From the NCBI GenBank assembly GCA_963777605.1, contig CAVZRV010000013.1:128001-192000 (forward strand): a stretch of DNA of 64,000 nt, in the 5' to 3' direction. Source of the DNA: an uncultured Acidobacteriota bacterium (GTDB taxonomy: Bacteria > Acidobacteriota > UBA6911 > RPQK01 > JAPXNP01). Shown one piece after another: positions 11,466 through 20,311 of this stretch. The notes under the pieces are model-generated. The model had not been told where the DNA came from and searched no databases. It was given only the letters and a program-made list of their open reading frames with translations. Made by a program: the position numbers and the translations under genes. Every line of letters begins with the position of its first letter. The first letter of the stretch is position 1.

Positions 11466-11732
11466 CCGGAGGTGCGCCCGAAAATAGCCCAGGGTTTCAA
11501 CCCTGGGTCCGGGGGCAGCAATCGAGGAGAAAGTCCCGGAGGGACGACCGAACCGTCATGTTTGCTACCCCTCCTGCGACCAACCCCTCATGGACCTGCT
11601 CCTCGTGGAACCGGGAATCGAAAGGGACGACGTAACGCGTACCTCGGCCGTCCCTCCGGGACTGGGGACGGGGTAATCGGCCGACGATGACCCAGGGTTG
11701 AAACTTGGGCTATTTTCGATACGTCACTCCGG
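11466..11732. repeat. REPIN/MITE-like nested inverted repeat
   Basis: Outer arms 11479-11509 and 11689-11718; inner arms 11532-11551 and 11644-11663 (1 mismatch). Confidence 0.8.
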
Positions 11733-11852
11733 GACTCCGGAACAACATACGCCCTCGCGGACGCCGGATCAACCATGAACTCCGGATCAAGGGATGCCAA
11801 TTGGGTTGTGATTTCGTATGCTTCCTTCGTAATTTCCTGGGAGAGAGCAACA

Positions 11853-12737
11853 ATGACGCAGTTGGACCTTTTTGATCGAGACAGGGTTATGCGGGAGGAG
11901 ATTCGGTCGGCTTTGGTGGGGCTGGATTTTCGCCGTGCCGGGGAACTTTGCCGGCAGTACGCGGAAATTCCTGGAGCCGCTTCCCTGGAATGGGAGCTGG
12001 ACGTGTTGCACTTCGTCAAGCGGCATGCCCGGAGGCGGTTGAGCCTGGAGGCCGGCGTGAGGCTCTGGGAGGACTTTGAGTCGTCCCTTTTCTTCGGCAG
12101 GATTCCCTCCGTTTATGCTCTGGATCTCGAGAAGAGCTACTTCTCCCGGCTGCTGGCCGCAAACCGGACACTGTTCGATTCGACCAACTCCCCGGAGCGG
12201 GCCCTACTGGCACCGCTTTACATGAGAGCCGGCCAGGCGAAGAACGCCCGGCGCCTGATCCAGAAGGAGATCGAAGAGAACGGTGAAAACTGGGAACTTC
12301 GTCTCCTCCTGGGCAATTGCTTTCTGAGTCTGGGAGAGCCGGTTGCGGCGCGGGTTAACTACACCTGGGCGGCATTGTGCGGACTGCCCGAGACGGCGAT
12401 CGGCGAAGTTGAGGATCCAGACTTCGTGAGGCTCCTCCGGTCAGGGGTCGCACCAGGATGGGGTTTCGCCGAAGCCGCGGCTGAAGGCGTTGTCCGAGTT
12501 CCTCGATTCAAGTCTCGGGATGACTTCGAATCTTTTGTTTCCGAATTCGTCGATCGGATCGAGGGAAACCCGGACAGTATTTCACCGCCCTGCCGGTTCG
12601 CGGTCTGGCTCACCCTCAGCGAGAATCGCCGATTCTGCACCGACGGCCAGTTGCAGGCGGCCCGTCGCCGGCTCAAGGAACTCAACCCAAGACTGCACGC
12701 CGTCCACATGAACCGGCTCAATGCCGAAGGGGGATAG
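11853..12737 (+). CDS. Hypothetical TPR-like helical protein
   Basis: Long ORF with GGAGAG RBS; TPR-like segment LLLGNCFLSLGEPVAARVNY. Confidence 0.65.
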   Translation: MTQLDLFDRDRVMREEIRSALVGLDFRRAGELCRQYAEIPGAASLEWELDVLHFVKRHARRRLSLEAGVRLWEDFESSLFFGRIPSVYALDLEKSYFSRLLAANRTLFDSTNSPERALLAPLYMRAGQAKNARRLIQKEIEENGENWELRLLLGNCFLSLGEPVAARVNYTWAALCGLPETAIGEVEDPDFVRLLRSGVAPGWGFAEAAAEGVVRVPRFKSRDDFESFVSEFVDRIEGNPDSISPPCRFAVWLTLSENRRFCTDGQLQAARRRLKELNPRLHAVHMNRLNAEGG

Positions 12738-12933
12738 GCCGTACGAATTGGCCCGAAAAGGCCGGCCGTCGCGATCGGTTGCGAGGCGCCATTTGAATTC
12801 AGGAATTGACCCCGCAGAGGTCGGATGATTGCCGCCCGGGTGCAAGCGCAGCACGACCCTGTACATAAACGGCAGGGCCCCATCTGGAGTGCGGAAGCGA
12901 AAGGTTCCGCTTTTGAACGAACGACAAAGGCCC

Positions 12934-13254
12934 ATGAGTGAACTGAAAGAAGAGATCAGGAAATCGGCGGCTAGGCGGATCCTCTTCACCGCCCACTCCG
13001 TTCGGCAGATGTCTCGGCCGGAGAGGATGATCAACTCGTCCGAGGTGAAGCGGGTCATCGCGGAGGGAGAAGTCATCGAAGACTATCCGTCCGATCCGCC
13101 CGGTCACAGTTGCCTCCTGCAGGGCAGAGGGAAGAGGGATCGAGCGGTGCATGTTGTATGCTCGCCGAAGGAAGACTATCTGGCCGTGATTACGGCTTAT
13201 CTTCCGAATCCCGAAGAGTGGGAGCCCGGGTTTCGGAATCGGAGGAAGAAATGA
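12934..13254 (+). CDS. DUF4258-family putative toxin
   Basis: FTAHSVRQM, GEVIEDYPSD, SCLLQG, VHVVC, VITAYLPNPEEW. Confidence 0.8.
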   Translation: MSELKEEIRKSAARRILFTAHSVRQMSRPERMINSSEVKRVIAEGEVIEDYPSDPPGHSCLLQGRGKRDRAVHVVCSPKEDYLAVITAYLPNPEEWEPGFRNRRKK

Positions 13255-13463
13255 AATGCATTCATTGCGGCGGAGAAGTGCGCCGCGGACGGGCACCGTT
13301 CCAGATCGACCGGGAAGGGTACGTCCTGACACTTCAGGCGGTGCCGGCCTGGATCTGTGGTCAATGTGGAGAGGCATATTTTGAGGATCGCGAAGTCGAT
13401 TTCATCCAGGAGGTGATCCGGTCGATGGATACAAAAGCCCGGAATCTGGCGGCATCCGCTTAG
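13251..13463 (+). CDS. YgiT/MqsA-type zinc-finger protein (putative antitoxin)
   Basis: MKCIHCGG...VPAWICGQCGEAYF; ATGA overlap with the toxin stop. Confidence 0.8.
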   Translation: MKCIHCGGEVRRGRAPFQIDREGYVLTLQAVPAWICGQCGEAYFEDREVDFIQEVIRSMDTKARNLAASA

Positions 13464-13494
13464 CAGCCTTTGCGGTTGAGACCTGAAACCCGTT

Positions 13495-13836
13495 ATGCAA
13501 CTAGATACACTCGACAAGAAACTCAACGACATCTACGCCGGCCGAGTGGTCCGCAAGGACCTCCTCCACCGGGTTAAAAAGGGCACTAACATTCCGTCTT
13601 TCGTACTGGAGTTCCTGCTGGCCCGATATTGCGCGAGCGACGATCCGGACGAGATCCAGGCAGGGATCGATGCCGTCTTCGAGACGCTGCAGAAGCACTA
13701 CGTCCGTCCGGACGAGTCGAACAAGGCCCAGTCCCACGTCCAGCAGAAGGGGAAGCACAAGTACATCGACAAGCTCCAGGTCCGCTGCGTGGAGCGGGAG
13801 AAACGCCACTGGGCCGAGATGGAGAACTTCGACTCC
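13495..13836 (+). pseudogene. brxL: N-terminal fragment of BREX Lon-like protease BrxL
   Basis: LDKKLNDIYAGRVVRKDL..NIPSFVLEFLLARYCASDD..YVRPDE matches the BrxL N-terminus; similarity ends after about 114 aa. Confidence 0.75.
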
Positions 13837-13990
13837 GCAGTTGGAGGGCGACAAATCACCTTACGCCGAAGGTCATCGTCAGGCTTTCCGCACCAAAGGC
13901 CCTTCAAAGCGCGCGAAGGAACTGATTCGTCGGGTCAAAGCAGCAAAAGCGAAGAAATACTGAGCCGGCGACCGCACTCGGCAGCTGGTA

Positions 13991-14587
13991 CTAGGACTTG
14001 GCCGGCTTGAAATTCTCCGGGATTGTGCCGAGCAACCCGAGAAGGTTTTCAAGTGTTCTTGCCATCCATTCGTTCAGTTCGGGCCAGGTTTCAAGCCTGA
14101 AGATCTGGGATGGTCGTCTCAGGCTGAGGAGGCTTCCTTTGCTGTCTTTGGGGAGCCAGACGACTTCACCGAGCGGAGAGAGTTGCTCTTTGAGCTGACT
14201 GCGAAGCCGATCGTCGATCCGGTCGAACCAGGATTCAGCGCCTGGCCCTGTCAGGCGCACCCAGATTCCGGAGGTGCCGCTGAGCACGTTCCAGAGCACC
14301 AGCCGAATCGGACCCGGACCGGGGATCTCCTTTCCAATGCTTCGATTAGAGGGTTTGCCGAGCTTGATAGAAGGGTCCCGGTTGGCCATGTACTCGTGGA
14401 ACTGCGTCCAGAACCGCTCATGGAGGGCCGCGGCGTTGACCCGCGGTCGGGCCGAGTCATCTCCCCAGAACGACGAATGAGTGAGGCGGCATGTGGATTC
14501 GTGGGATGTAGACTCGATTGCCACCCTGGCGCGTCCATGGCATGCGCGCGGCGATAGCAGGAAGATCGTAGACCATGCCGGTGTCAC
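13991..14587 (-). CDS. DUF4268-like domain protein (start uncertain, possibly a fragment)
   Basis: ERFWTQFHEYM...WPELNEWM pattern typical of DUF4268. Confidence 0.5.
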   Translation of the reverse strand: MTPAWSTIFLLSPRACHGRARVAIESTSHESTCRLTHSSFWGDDSARPRVNAAALHERFWTQFHEYMANRDPSIKLGKPSNRSIGKEIPGPGPIRLVLWNVLSGTSGIWVRLTGPGAESWFDRIDDRLRSQLKEQLSPLGEVVWLPKDSKGSLLSLRRPSQIFRLETWPELNEWMARTLENLLGLLGTIPENFKPAKS

Positions 14588-15174
14588 GGTTGACCACTTG
14601 GTATTCGGGGTTCAATTGCAGTCAGAGTTTCAACCTGGTCTCAGCCATGTGTTACTTCCCGGCGGCCGCCTTCCCGTTGAAGCGAGTCATCATCCATTGA
14701 AGGGTCGATGCGACTGTCCCCTGAATGTTAAGGCGTGACATCCAATTCTGGTCGATGATGCCAAAACGCGCAATGGACTCCGCATTGATCCACAAGAGTC
14801 AGAGCACCGTCGCGAAGACCGAGTTGGGACCTGCCGGTTACCCGGTTCGACTACACTCCGGGTATCCGGCAGGTGATCGAGTCGAAGATTCTCCATTATT
14901 CGGCATCAGCAGGATCTTCTCCTGTCTCTTTTCTTGGCTCGGGAACATGCAACTCGATCCCAAAGTGGACGGTGGACCAGACCGGGCCGCAGGCCATGCC
15001 TCCGGTTGTCAGTGAGAGGCAGAAACGCAGGGATTACGGGCCGTTCCAGCTCAGACCAGAGGAGTGCGGGGAGAAGGCATGAACCTGGGTTAATGCGGTC
15101 CAAACCCAGTTTGAGGATGTGAAAGAAGCGGCGCCGGCTCAAGGGACTCAACCCGAGACTGCACGCCGTCCACC

Positions 15175-15540
15175 CTAACTTGGCGTCTTTGCCACGGATT
15201 TTAACTCCCGATCCACGAATCCGGCGAACCTTGTCGCCGCGATGAGGACCGCGGCGATGTCGGCTGAGGCGAGGCGGAAGGTGGAGGGGTGGGCGAAGGA
15301 GTTGCCGCAGGTTTGGAGGAGCTTCAGGTGGGAGAACATCCAGGGGCGGGAATCGATCTGGAGATCGTAGGCGAAAACCCGTACATGCTTCAGCCCGGGT
15401 GCAGTATCCACCCAGCGGCGGATCAGGTTGAGAGTTTCGTCGGCGGCATCTTCCGGCGGGATGCCCTGGTCTCCGGTGCCCAAAAGGGGCAGGGAGACGG
15501 ACTCGACTCCGGGAGGGCAGTGTCGAAGCAGAGATTCAGA
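15175..15540 (-). pseudogene. C-terminal part of a Macro-domain protein
   Basis: In-frame SVSLPLLGTGDQGIPPEDAA..LKHVRVFAYD; frame starts directly after a TGA at 15541-15543. Confidence 0.6.
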
Positions 15541-15542
15541 TC

Positions 15543-15872
15543 ATGGTGGGGATTCGGGGCCGGGCGCTCGAGCATGCCGACCAGGGGCGCTGGGAAGATG
15601 CCGCGGTCCTGCTCGGCCAGTGCGTCGAGGTGATCCGGGGCTTCGGAATTGACGATCCCAGGATCCAGTCGGAGATCGAAGAACTCGAGGAGATGGCCCG
15701 AAACCTGCGTTTCCGGGGAGAGGAGTACTACTCGCCGGTGGTCCGCAAGCGTGCCTTTTATGCCTCGGAGCTGGCCTCGAAGGGACGCTTCGACCAGGTG
15801 GCTTCGATGAGGATCCGGCGTTCCGAGGACTACCTGGATCCGGATAGAATCCGAAGAAACCGGCGAAGATGA
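15543..15872 (+). pseudogene. C-terminal helical tail resembling vWA-domain proteins
   Basis: RALEHADQGRWEDAAVLL..EIEELEEMA resembles recalled vWA-protein tails; no RBS or vWA core present. Confidence 0.4.
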
Positions 15873-16041
15873 TTCAGTTCAGAGACTGAAGGGCGAGTGA
15901 TACTTTGCCGACAAAGAGGGAGGAGTCGAGTGGATACCGTCCGCCTGGAGGCAAAAGGACTGTTCGGCAGAAGTACGGACGATTCCGGAGATCGAAGGGG
16001 GAGTCCTTGGCAGAACGAAGACAGATTGGAAGGAGAACTGA

Positions 16042-17115
16042 ATGAGTGATCCGGGGCTGGAGATACTGCAATTCGTATACGACTCGGCGAAGATCGACTC
16101 GGAGTGGTCGGTTTGGGAAGATCGAAGCTTTACCTGGTGGGGCGGGGGGCTCGCCCAAAAAGTCTGGGCTGAAGAGGCCCATGACGACGATGGAATCGTC
16201 ATTTACCGGCTGCATGCTCGAACGGACTGCGTCCGGAGTTTCGATGAAGGCGTTTGCAATGAAATAATGCCTGAGTTGCTGCCATTGATCTCTCCACTTT
16301 GTGGTCCGATTCTTGACCCGGCGGATTTAACCAGGATCAAACTGGCTTCAAGCATGATCGTGCACGAGGAAAGCTCTGAGTGGATCAAATCCGTCTTCTC
16401 CTGGGCGGTGGCCGTCCAGGCGGCGGAGGCGCACGCGCTGTGCCCGACGATGGCCGATCTGTTATCCGGAGAACCGGATTATTCCAGCCACCCGAAGTCC
16501 GGTTCTCGAGGCGAGTTGGATGACATGCTCAATATTGTTTCGGAGACCGTGCGTCCGCAGGGTGAATCCCCATGTACCTTTGTTGGGCCTGAAATGGAAC
16601 GCGTCGGGGCGATGCTGCAGCGGCCTCCCTGCGTGTTGGCAACCAAGGATGAGGACGGAATCACGGCAGAGTACCCGTTTGGGGATGCCACCAGTCTCGT
16701 GGAAGTGGTGCCCGACACTCACCCGCGCCTGGGGAACGGCTTACGGATCTGTGTCCAGTTGCCGTTCCTCGTATCCGACGAAGACGATCCCGACGGTGAG
16801 ACCCTCTCTTTCCTGCGACTGAATCGCCAGGATTTTGATCTCCCGCTCGGGGGATACTTCCTGGGCACCTGGGGGAGCATGCCCAACGGCTATCTCTCCC
16901 ACAACTCCTTCTTCCCGAACGTCTTATATCGACCCGGGATCCTCACGAACCTGGTTCTGGGAACGTTCGTTCGGGTCAAGTGGATTACGGAGAACATTTT
17001 CGAGCTCCCCTTGATGGAGAATTACGATGCGGCCTCGCAGCGGAGGATGGAGAAGCTCGAAGAACTCGCGGGGGATCCCGACGCCTTGATGCGATTGCTT
17101 GGCGGGGAGGAGTGA
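16042..17115 (+). CDS. Conserved hypothetical protein (possibly tandem YbjN/T3SS-chaperone-like domains)
   Basis: 357-aa ORF with AAGGAG RBS; fold is a guess. Confidence 0.65.
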   Translation: MSDPGLEILQFVYDSAKIDSEWSVWEDRSFTWWGGGLAQKVWAEEAHDDDGIVIYRLHARTDCVRSFDEGVCNEIMPELLPLISPLCGPILDPADLTRIKLASSMIVHEESSEWIKSVFSWAVAVQAAEAHALCPTMADLLSGEPDYSSHPKSGSRGELDDMLNIVSETVRPQGESPCTFVGPEMERVGAMLQRPPCVLATKDEDGITAEYPFGDATSLVEVVPDTHPRLGNGLRICVQLPFLVSDEDDPDGETLSFLRLNRQDFDLPLGGYFLGTWGSMPNGYLSHNSFFPNVLYRPGILTNLVLGTFVRVKWITENIFELPLMENYDAASQRRMEKLEELAGDPDALMRLLGGEE

Positions 17116-17158
17116 GGACAAGGGCGCGCCGACTGGGAATCGGCGTTGACGGAGGGGA

Positions 17159-18168
17159 ATGAGCAAACGGCAATTGGAACCGATCGAACGACTCTCCTAC
17201 GAAGCCACAAGGCTGTTTCGAGAGCACCCACCGGTGATTCGCGACCGCAACAAGCAGGTCGTTTTCGAAATTGCCTGCCCGGAAGGATCGCGGCACCGTG
17301 GAGAGATTGTCTACTCCCGTTGGATATCGATGCCGGTTCCGGCCCAAATGGATCCAGTGCGGGCCGTTTCACGAGTTGAGGCCAGCAAGTCAATTTACGA
17401 TTACGGACCGGTTGCTCCTGGCGCGGTGGAGTGGCATGTAAACTTTGCCGATTCGGAGCTGTTCGGCTTTTACGCGACAGGACTTTTTGCCCAGGACGAA
17501 CTGCAGGTGGCCGAGCATCCGATCCTGGGCTCCCTTAAGGAGGCTCTCCGGGCGTCGAATCGACCAAGACCTCACAGTCGAGGTGGGACGCCCGACCCCG
17601 ATTCTCATCTCGGGTGCGGAGCGGCGCTGCCGGGTGGCGATCGACCCGAATCCTGACGAGGGGCGCCCGTTTGGACTCTATGGCAACCGGTTCGCGCAGG
17701 CCCCCGAGGACGCCGTTCGCGGGGCGACTGCCCGGATCGATCCGCCGACGGTCAGCAACCTGGTCTGCATTGCCGCCCCGGCCTGTGGCTTGGGGAACTA
17801 CTCGCGCGAGCAGATTCAGTTCATTATGGAGACGGCCTACACGGGTTTTCGGGCGGCCGTTCTGGAATCGGGGCGAGCTCACGGAGACGAACGACCGGTG
17901 GTTGTCCACAGCGGGCTTCTGGGGTTGCGGCGCCTTCGGGGGGAACCGGGTGCTGATGGCTACTCCTCCAGGTTCTTGCCGCCGAAGCTGCTGGACTGTG
18001 AGCCGACTTGTCTTTCACACGGTCGATGCTGCGGGGTCCGCGAAACTGGCGGAGGCCTTGGAACTGATTCAGTCGCGGCCGGCGACCGAACGCGTCGAAA
18101 ATACCGAGGCTCTGGTTGACTGGATTCTCGGTCACGGCTTCCGGTGGGGAATCAGCGACGGCAATTGA
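17159..18168 (+). CDS. Poly(ADP-ribose) glycohydrolase (PARG)-like protein, frameshifted
   Basis: WHVNFAD..LFGFYATGLFAQDE (QEE-type catalytic loop), CIAAP, AYTGF, GFWGCGAFGGN across three overlapping frames. Confidence 0.75.
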
Positions 18169-18236
18169 GTAGCCGCACAAAGCCACGCCGGGAATGCTGA
18201 AGGGGGCCCGAACATTACCAGGTCTCAGCGAGTCGT

Positions 18237-19004
18237 TCAGCCAACTGTCGAATGCAGGCGGGAACCATTCCGATGATTGAGTTGGCCGGCCGGGATTTTG
18301 TCTGCTCCCCATCGGGCCCCTCCGATGGAGCCCACCAGTACCGGGCAGTAATTGGCCGGCCCGGCAAACTCCAGGGAGCTTTCCAGTGCCTTCTCGAAGC
18401 TTTCGGCCCGATCGAGGAAATGAACGGCGGCGGCGAAGACCTGCGGAGCAAAGCCACCCCTTGAGAGTTCATTCCTCGGGAATCCGAGACGCCCGCCGGG
18501 CAAGGCCACAGGAGGGATCCTTCCCAACGCAACTCCCCAGTCGAATCCCCGGATCAGTCGTCGACACAGTTCGGCAACTGCGGCCGAGACCTCTCCGGCA
18601 ATCGGCGAGTAATGCGTCAGTCGCGCTTCCTCCCGGGCAAAATCGGCAACCTCGGTATCTGTGAGGAATCCGGCTGCAGCCAGGACGGAGGCCCGGTGGG
18701 CGGGGTTGCACCCTCCGGTCAGGCCGCCCAGATCGTCGTCCGTTCGTCGTGCTGCCTCGACACGATCGATACCCTGTTCGAGATAATGGAAGACCCGGGT
18801 GAACACCTCCCCGGTGTCGAAGGCATCGGTATGCCACCAGTCGAGGTACCGGTTGAACAGGTCGTCCGGATCAAAAGCGCTTCGGCTCAGGAGAGTCTTG
18901 GCGACGAACGACGCCATTCGGATCGGCCCGCCGTTTCGGTCTCCGGCAGCAAGTCCAAGAAGCAAGCCCTGGGCGCGGTTTCGGTATTCATCGCGAAGAT
19001 TCAT
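18237..19004 (-). CDS. ADP-ribosylglycohydrolase (DraG/ARH) family protein, divergent
   Basis: GLLLGLAAGD, YLDWW..AFDTG, EARLTH, VGSIGGARWG. A late frameshift may extend the true end to 18215. Confidence 0.8.
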   Translation of the reverse strand: MNLRDEYRNRAQGLLLGLAAGDRNGGPIRMASFVAKTLLSRSAFDPDDLFNRYLDWWHTDAFDTGEVFTRVFHYLEQGIDRVEAARRTDDDLGGLTGGCNPAHRASVLAAAGFLTDTEVADFAREEARLTHYSPIAGEVSAAVAELCRRLIRGFDWGVALGRIPPVALPGGRLGFPRNELSRGGFAPQVFAAAVHFLDRAESFEKALESSLEFAGPANYCPVLVGSIGGARWGADKIPAGQLNHRNGSRLHSTVG

Positions 19005-19039
19005 CGGAAAAGGATAACCTGGAAGGTCGCGCTACGGTG

Positions 19040-19071
19040 AACCTGGGTTGAAGATGCTTAACCTGGGTTGA
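19040..19071 (+). promoter_or_regulatory. Putative upstream activator sequence: AACCTGGGTTGA x2, 20-bp period
   Basis: Exact 12-bp direct repeat of a pseudo-palindrome at 19040-19051 and 19060-19071, about 110-140 bp upstream of the predicted start site. Confidence 0.55.
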
Positions 19072-19153
19072 TGACTTCGTATATGTTTTTGGAGATGATC
19101 GACTCGATAGGTAATCTATTAAATGCAATGACTTAGCCGAACATCGCATCGAG

Positions 19154-19170
19154 TTGGCATGGCTCCTGCA
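19154..19170 (+). promoter_or_regulatory. Sigma54 (-24/-12) promoter
   Basis: TTGGCATGGCTCCTGCA has exact GG-N10-GC spacing and lies upstream of an operon encoding a sigma54 activator; predicted +1 about 19181. Confidence 0.8.
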
Positions 19171-19180
19171 GTAGATGCTC

Positions 19181-19263
19181 TCGGGTCCGGGTGAGAGCGG
19201 CGGTTACCCCCAGAAACCATGCGGGAGCTGACCTCCTGCAGGCCGCTTTCTGCCCGGGCCGGA
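19181..19263 (+). ncRNA. Candidate structured RNA or leader (three-way junction)
   Basis: Stems 19184-92/19252-60, 19193-201/19242-50, 19202-05/19215-18 and 19220-27/19233-40 fill the gap between predicted +1 and the RBS. Confidence 0.5.
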
Positions 19264-19276
19264 ATGGAGGAGTGTC

Positions 19277-20227
19277 ATGCAGTTTCCAAAATCAGTCTTG
19301 AATCCGTTGACCCTGGGCGAGCCGATGACAAGTGATGCGCTCACGGTCTATCCCGTCCTGGGTGCTTCCGAAAGTGCCATCCAGCTGTTCGATCTCGACG
19401 AGGCCCTTGCGCAGGGTTGGATCGAGATCGGCGAGGTTTCTGAATCGGGAAACGTCCCCGAATTAGGCGTGATCAACCAGTCGCCCCATCGGGTCATCCT
19501 CTTTGACGGGGAAGAGCTCGTCGGGGCCAAGCAGAACCGGATCGTCAATGTCACGATCGTGGTCGCTCCCTTTGCCAGGCTGAGGATCCCGGTGTCGTGC
19601 GTGGAGCAGGGACGCTGGCGGTGGCACAGCCGTCACTTCGACGCGGGCGAATTTGCCTACCCGAGCCTGCGACGGGACAAGTTCGAGCGCGTCAGTCAGA
19701 ACTTGGAGATGCGGCAGGGATTTGCCGCCGACCAGGGGATGATCTGGCACGACATTGCCGCCAAGTCCGCCCGCATGGGCGTTCACAGCGAAACCGGCTC
19801 GATGCGGGACATCGGGGCGCGGCATTTCATTGATGACCGCCAGATCCAGAAGGAGATCGCGCACCAGCCCCGCCAGGTCGGCTATCTCGCCTTCATCCGG
19901 GACGGCTTCGCCGGTGGCGACATCTTCTCGTCGTCTGAAATCTCGGCGCGGAAATTTTACAAGCTGGTCCGGACATATTACCTGGACTCGCGCGATCCTG
20001 AAGCCGAGTTCCGCCCGGTCCCGGCCGATGAAGTGATGGGTCGCATCGGGAGCAGCGCGGTCGAACCGGTCGAGAGCATCGGGGAGGGAAGTGACTTCCG
20101 ATTCCGTCAGCGCGACATCCAGGGATCGCTGACCCAGGTCGGTGAGATACTGGTCCACCTGGCGGTTTTCCCCGTTGTCCGGGATGGCTTCCGGCGGCCG
20201 GCACGACCGCATTTCCGGGTTGACTGA
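19277..20227 (+). CDS. ARPP-1 (DUF6569) family protein
   Basis: DGEELVGAKQNRIVNVTI, IPVSCVEQGRW, DQGMIW; GGAGGA RBS. Confidence 0.85.
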   Translation: MQFPKSVLNPLTLGEPMTSDALTVYPVLGASESAIQLFDLDEALAQGWIEIGEVSESGNVPELGVINQSPHRVILFDGEELVGAKQNRIVNVTIVVAPFARLRIPVSCVEQGRWRWHSRHFDAGEFAYPSLRRDKFERVSQNLEMRQGFAADQGMIWHDIAAKSARMGVHSETGSMRDIGARHFIDDRQIQKEIAHQPRQVGYLAFIRDGFAGGDIFSSSEISARKFYKLVRTYYLDSRDPEAEFRPVPADEVMGRIGSSAVEPVESIGEGSDFRFRQRDIQGSLTQVGEILVHLAVFPVVRDGFRRPARPHFRVD

Positions 20228-20311
20228 AACCGAAATTCGCCATAGCGTTCCCGGACGAGCCCCTTCAGATCAGCGGAGGGGCCCGGGAGCGCTCAGGGAA
20301 AGGATTTGGAA

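Noticed and set aside
11394-11476. Three ~20-bp direct repeats as a mini CRISPR array
   Set aside because: Repeats are degenerate, spacers are only about 10 bp, and no cas genes are present.
14600-15080. Short ORFs between DUF4268 and the 42-bp repeat
   Set aside because: Broken frames with no recognisable motif; treated as unassignable debris.
20245-20292. Hairpin between ARPP-1 and the activator as an intrinsic terminator
   Set aside because: GC-rich stem but no U-tract; function cannot be supported.
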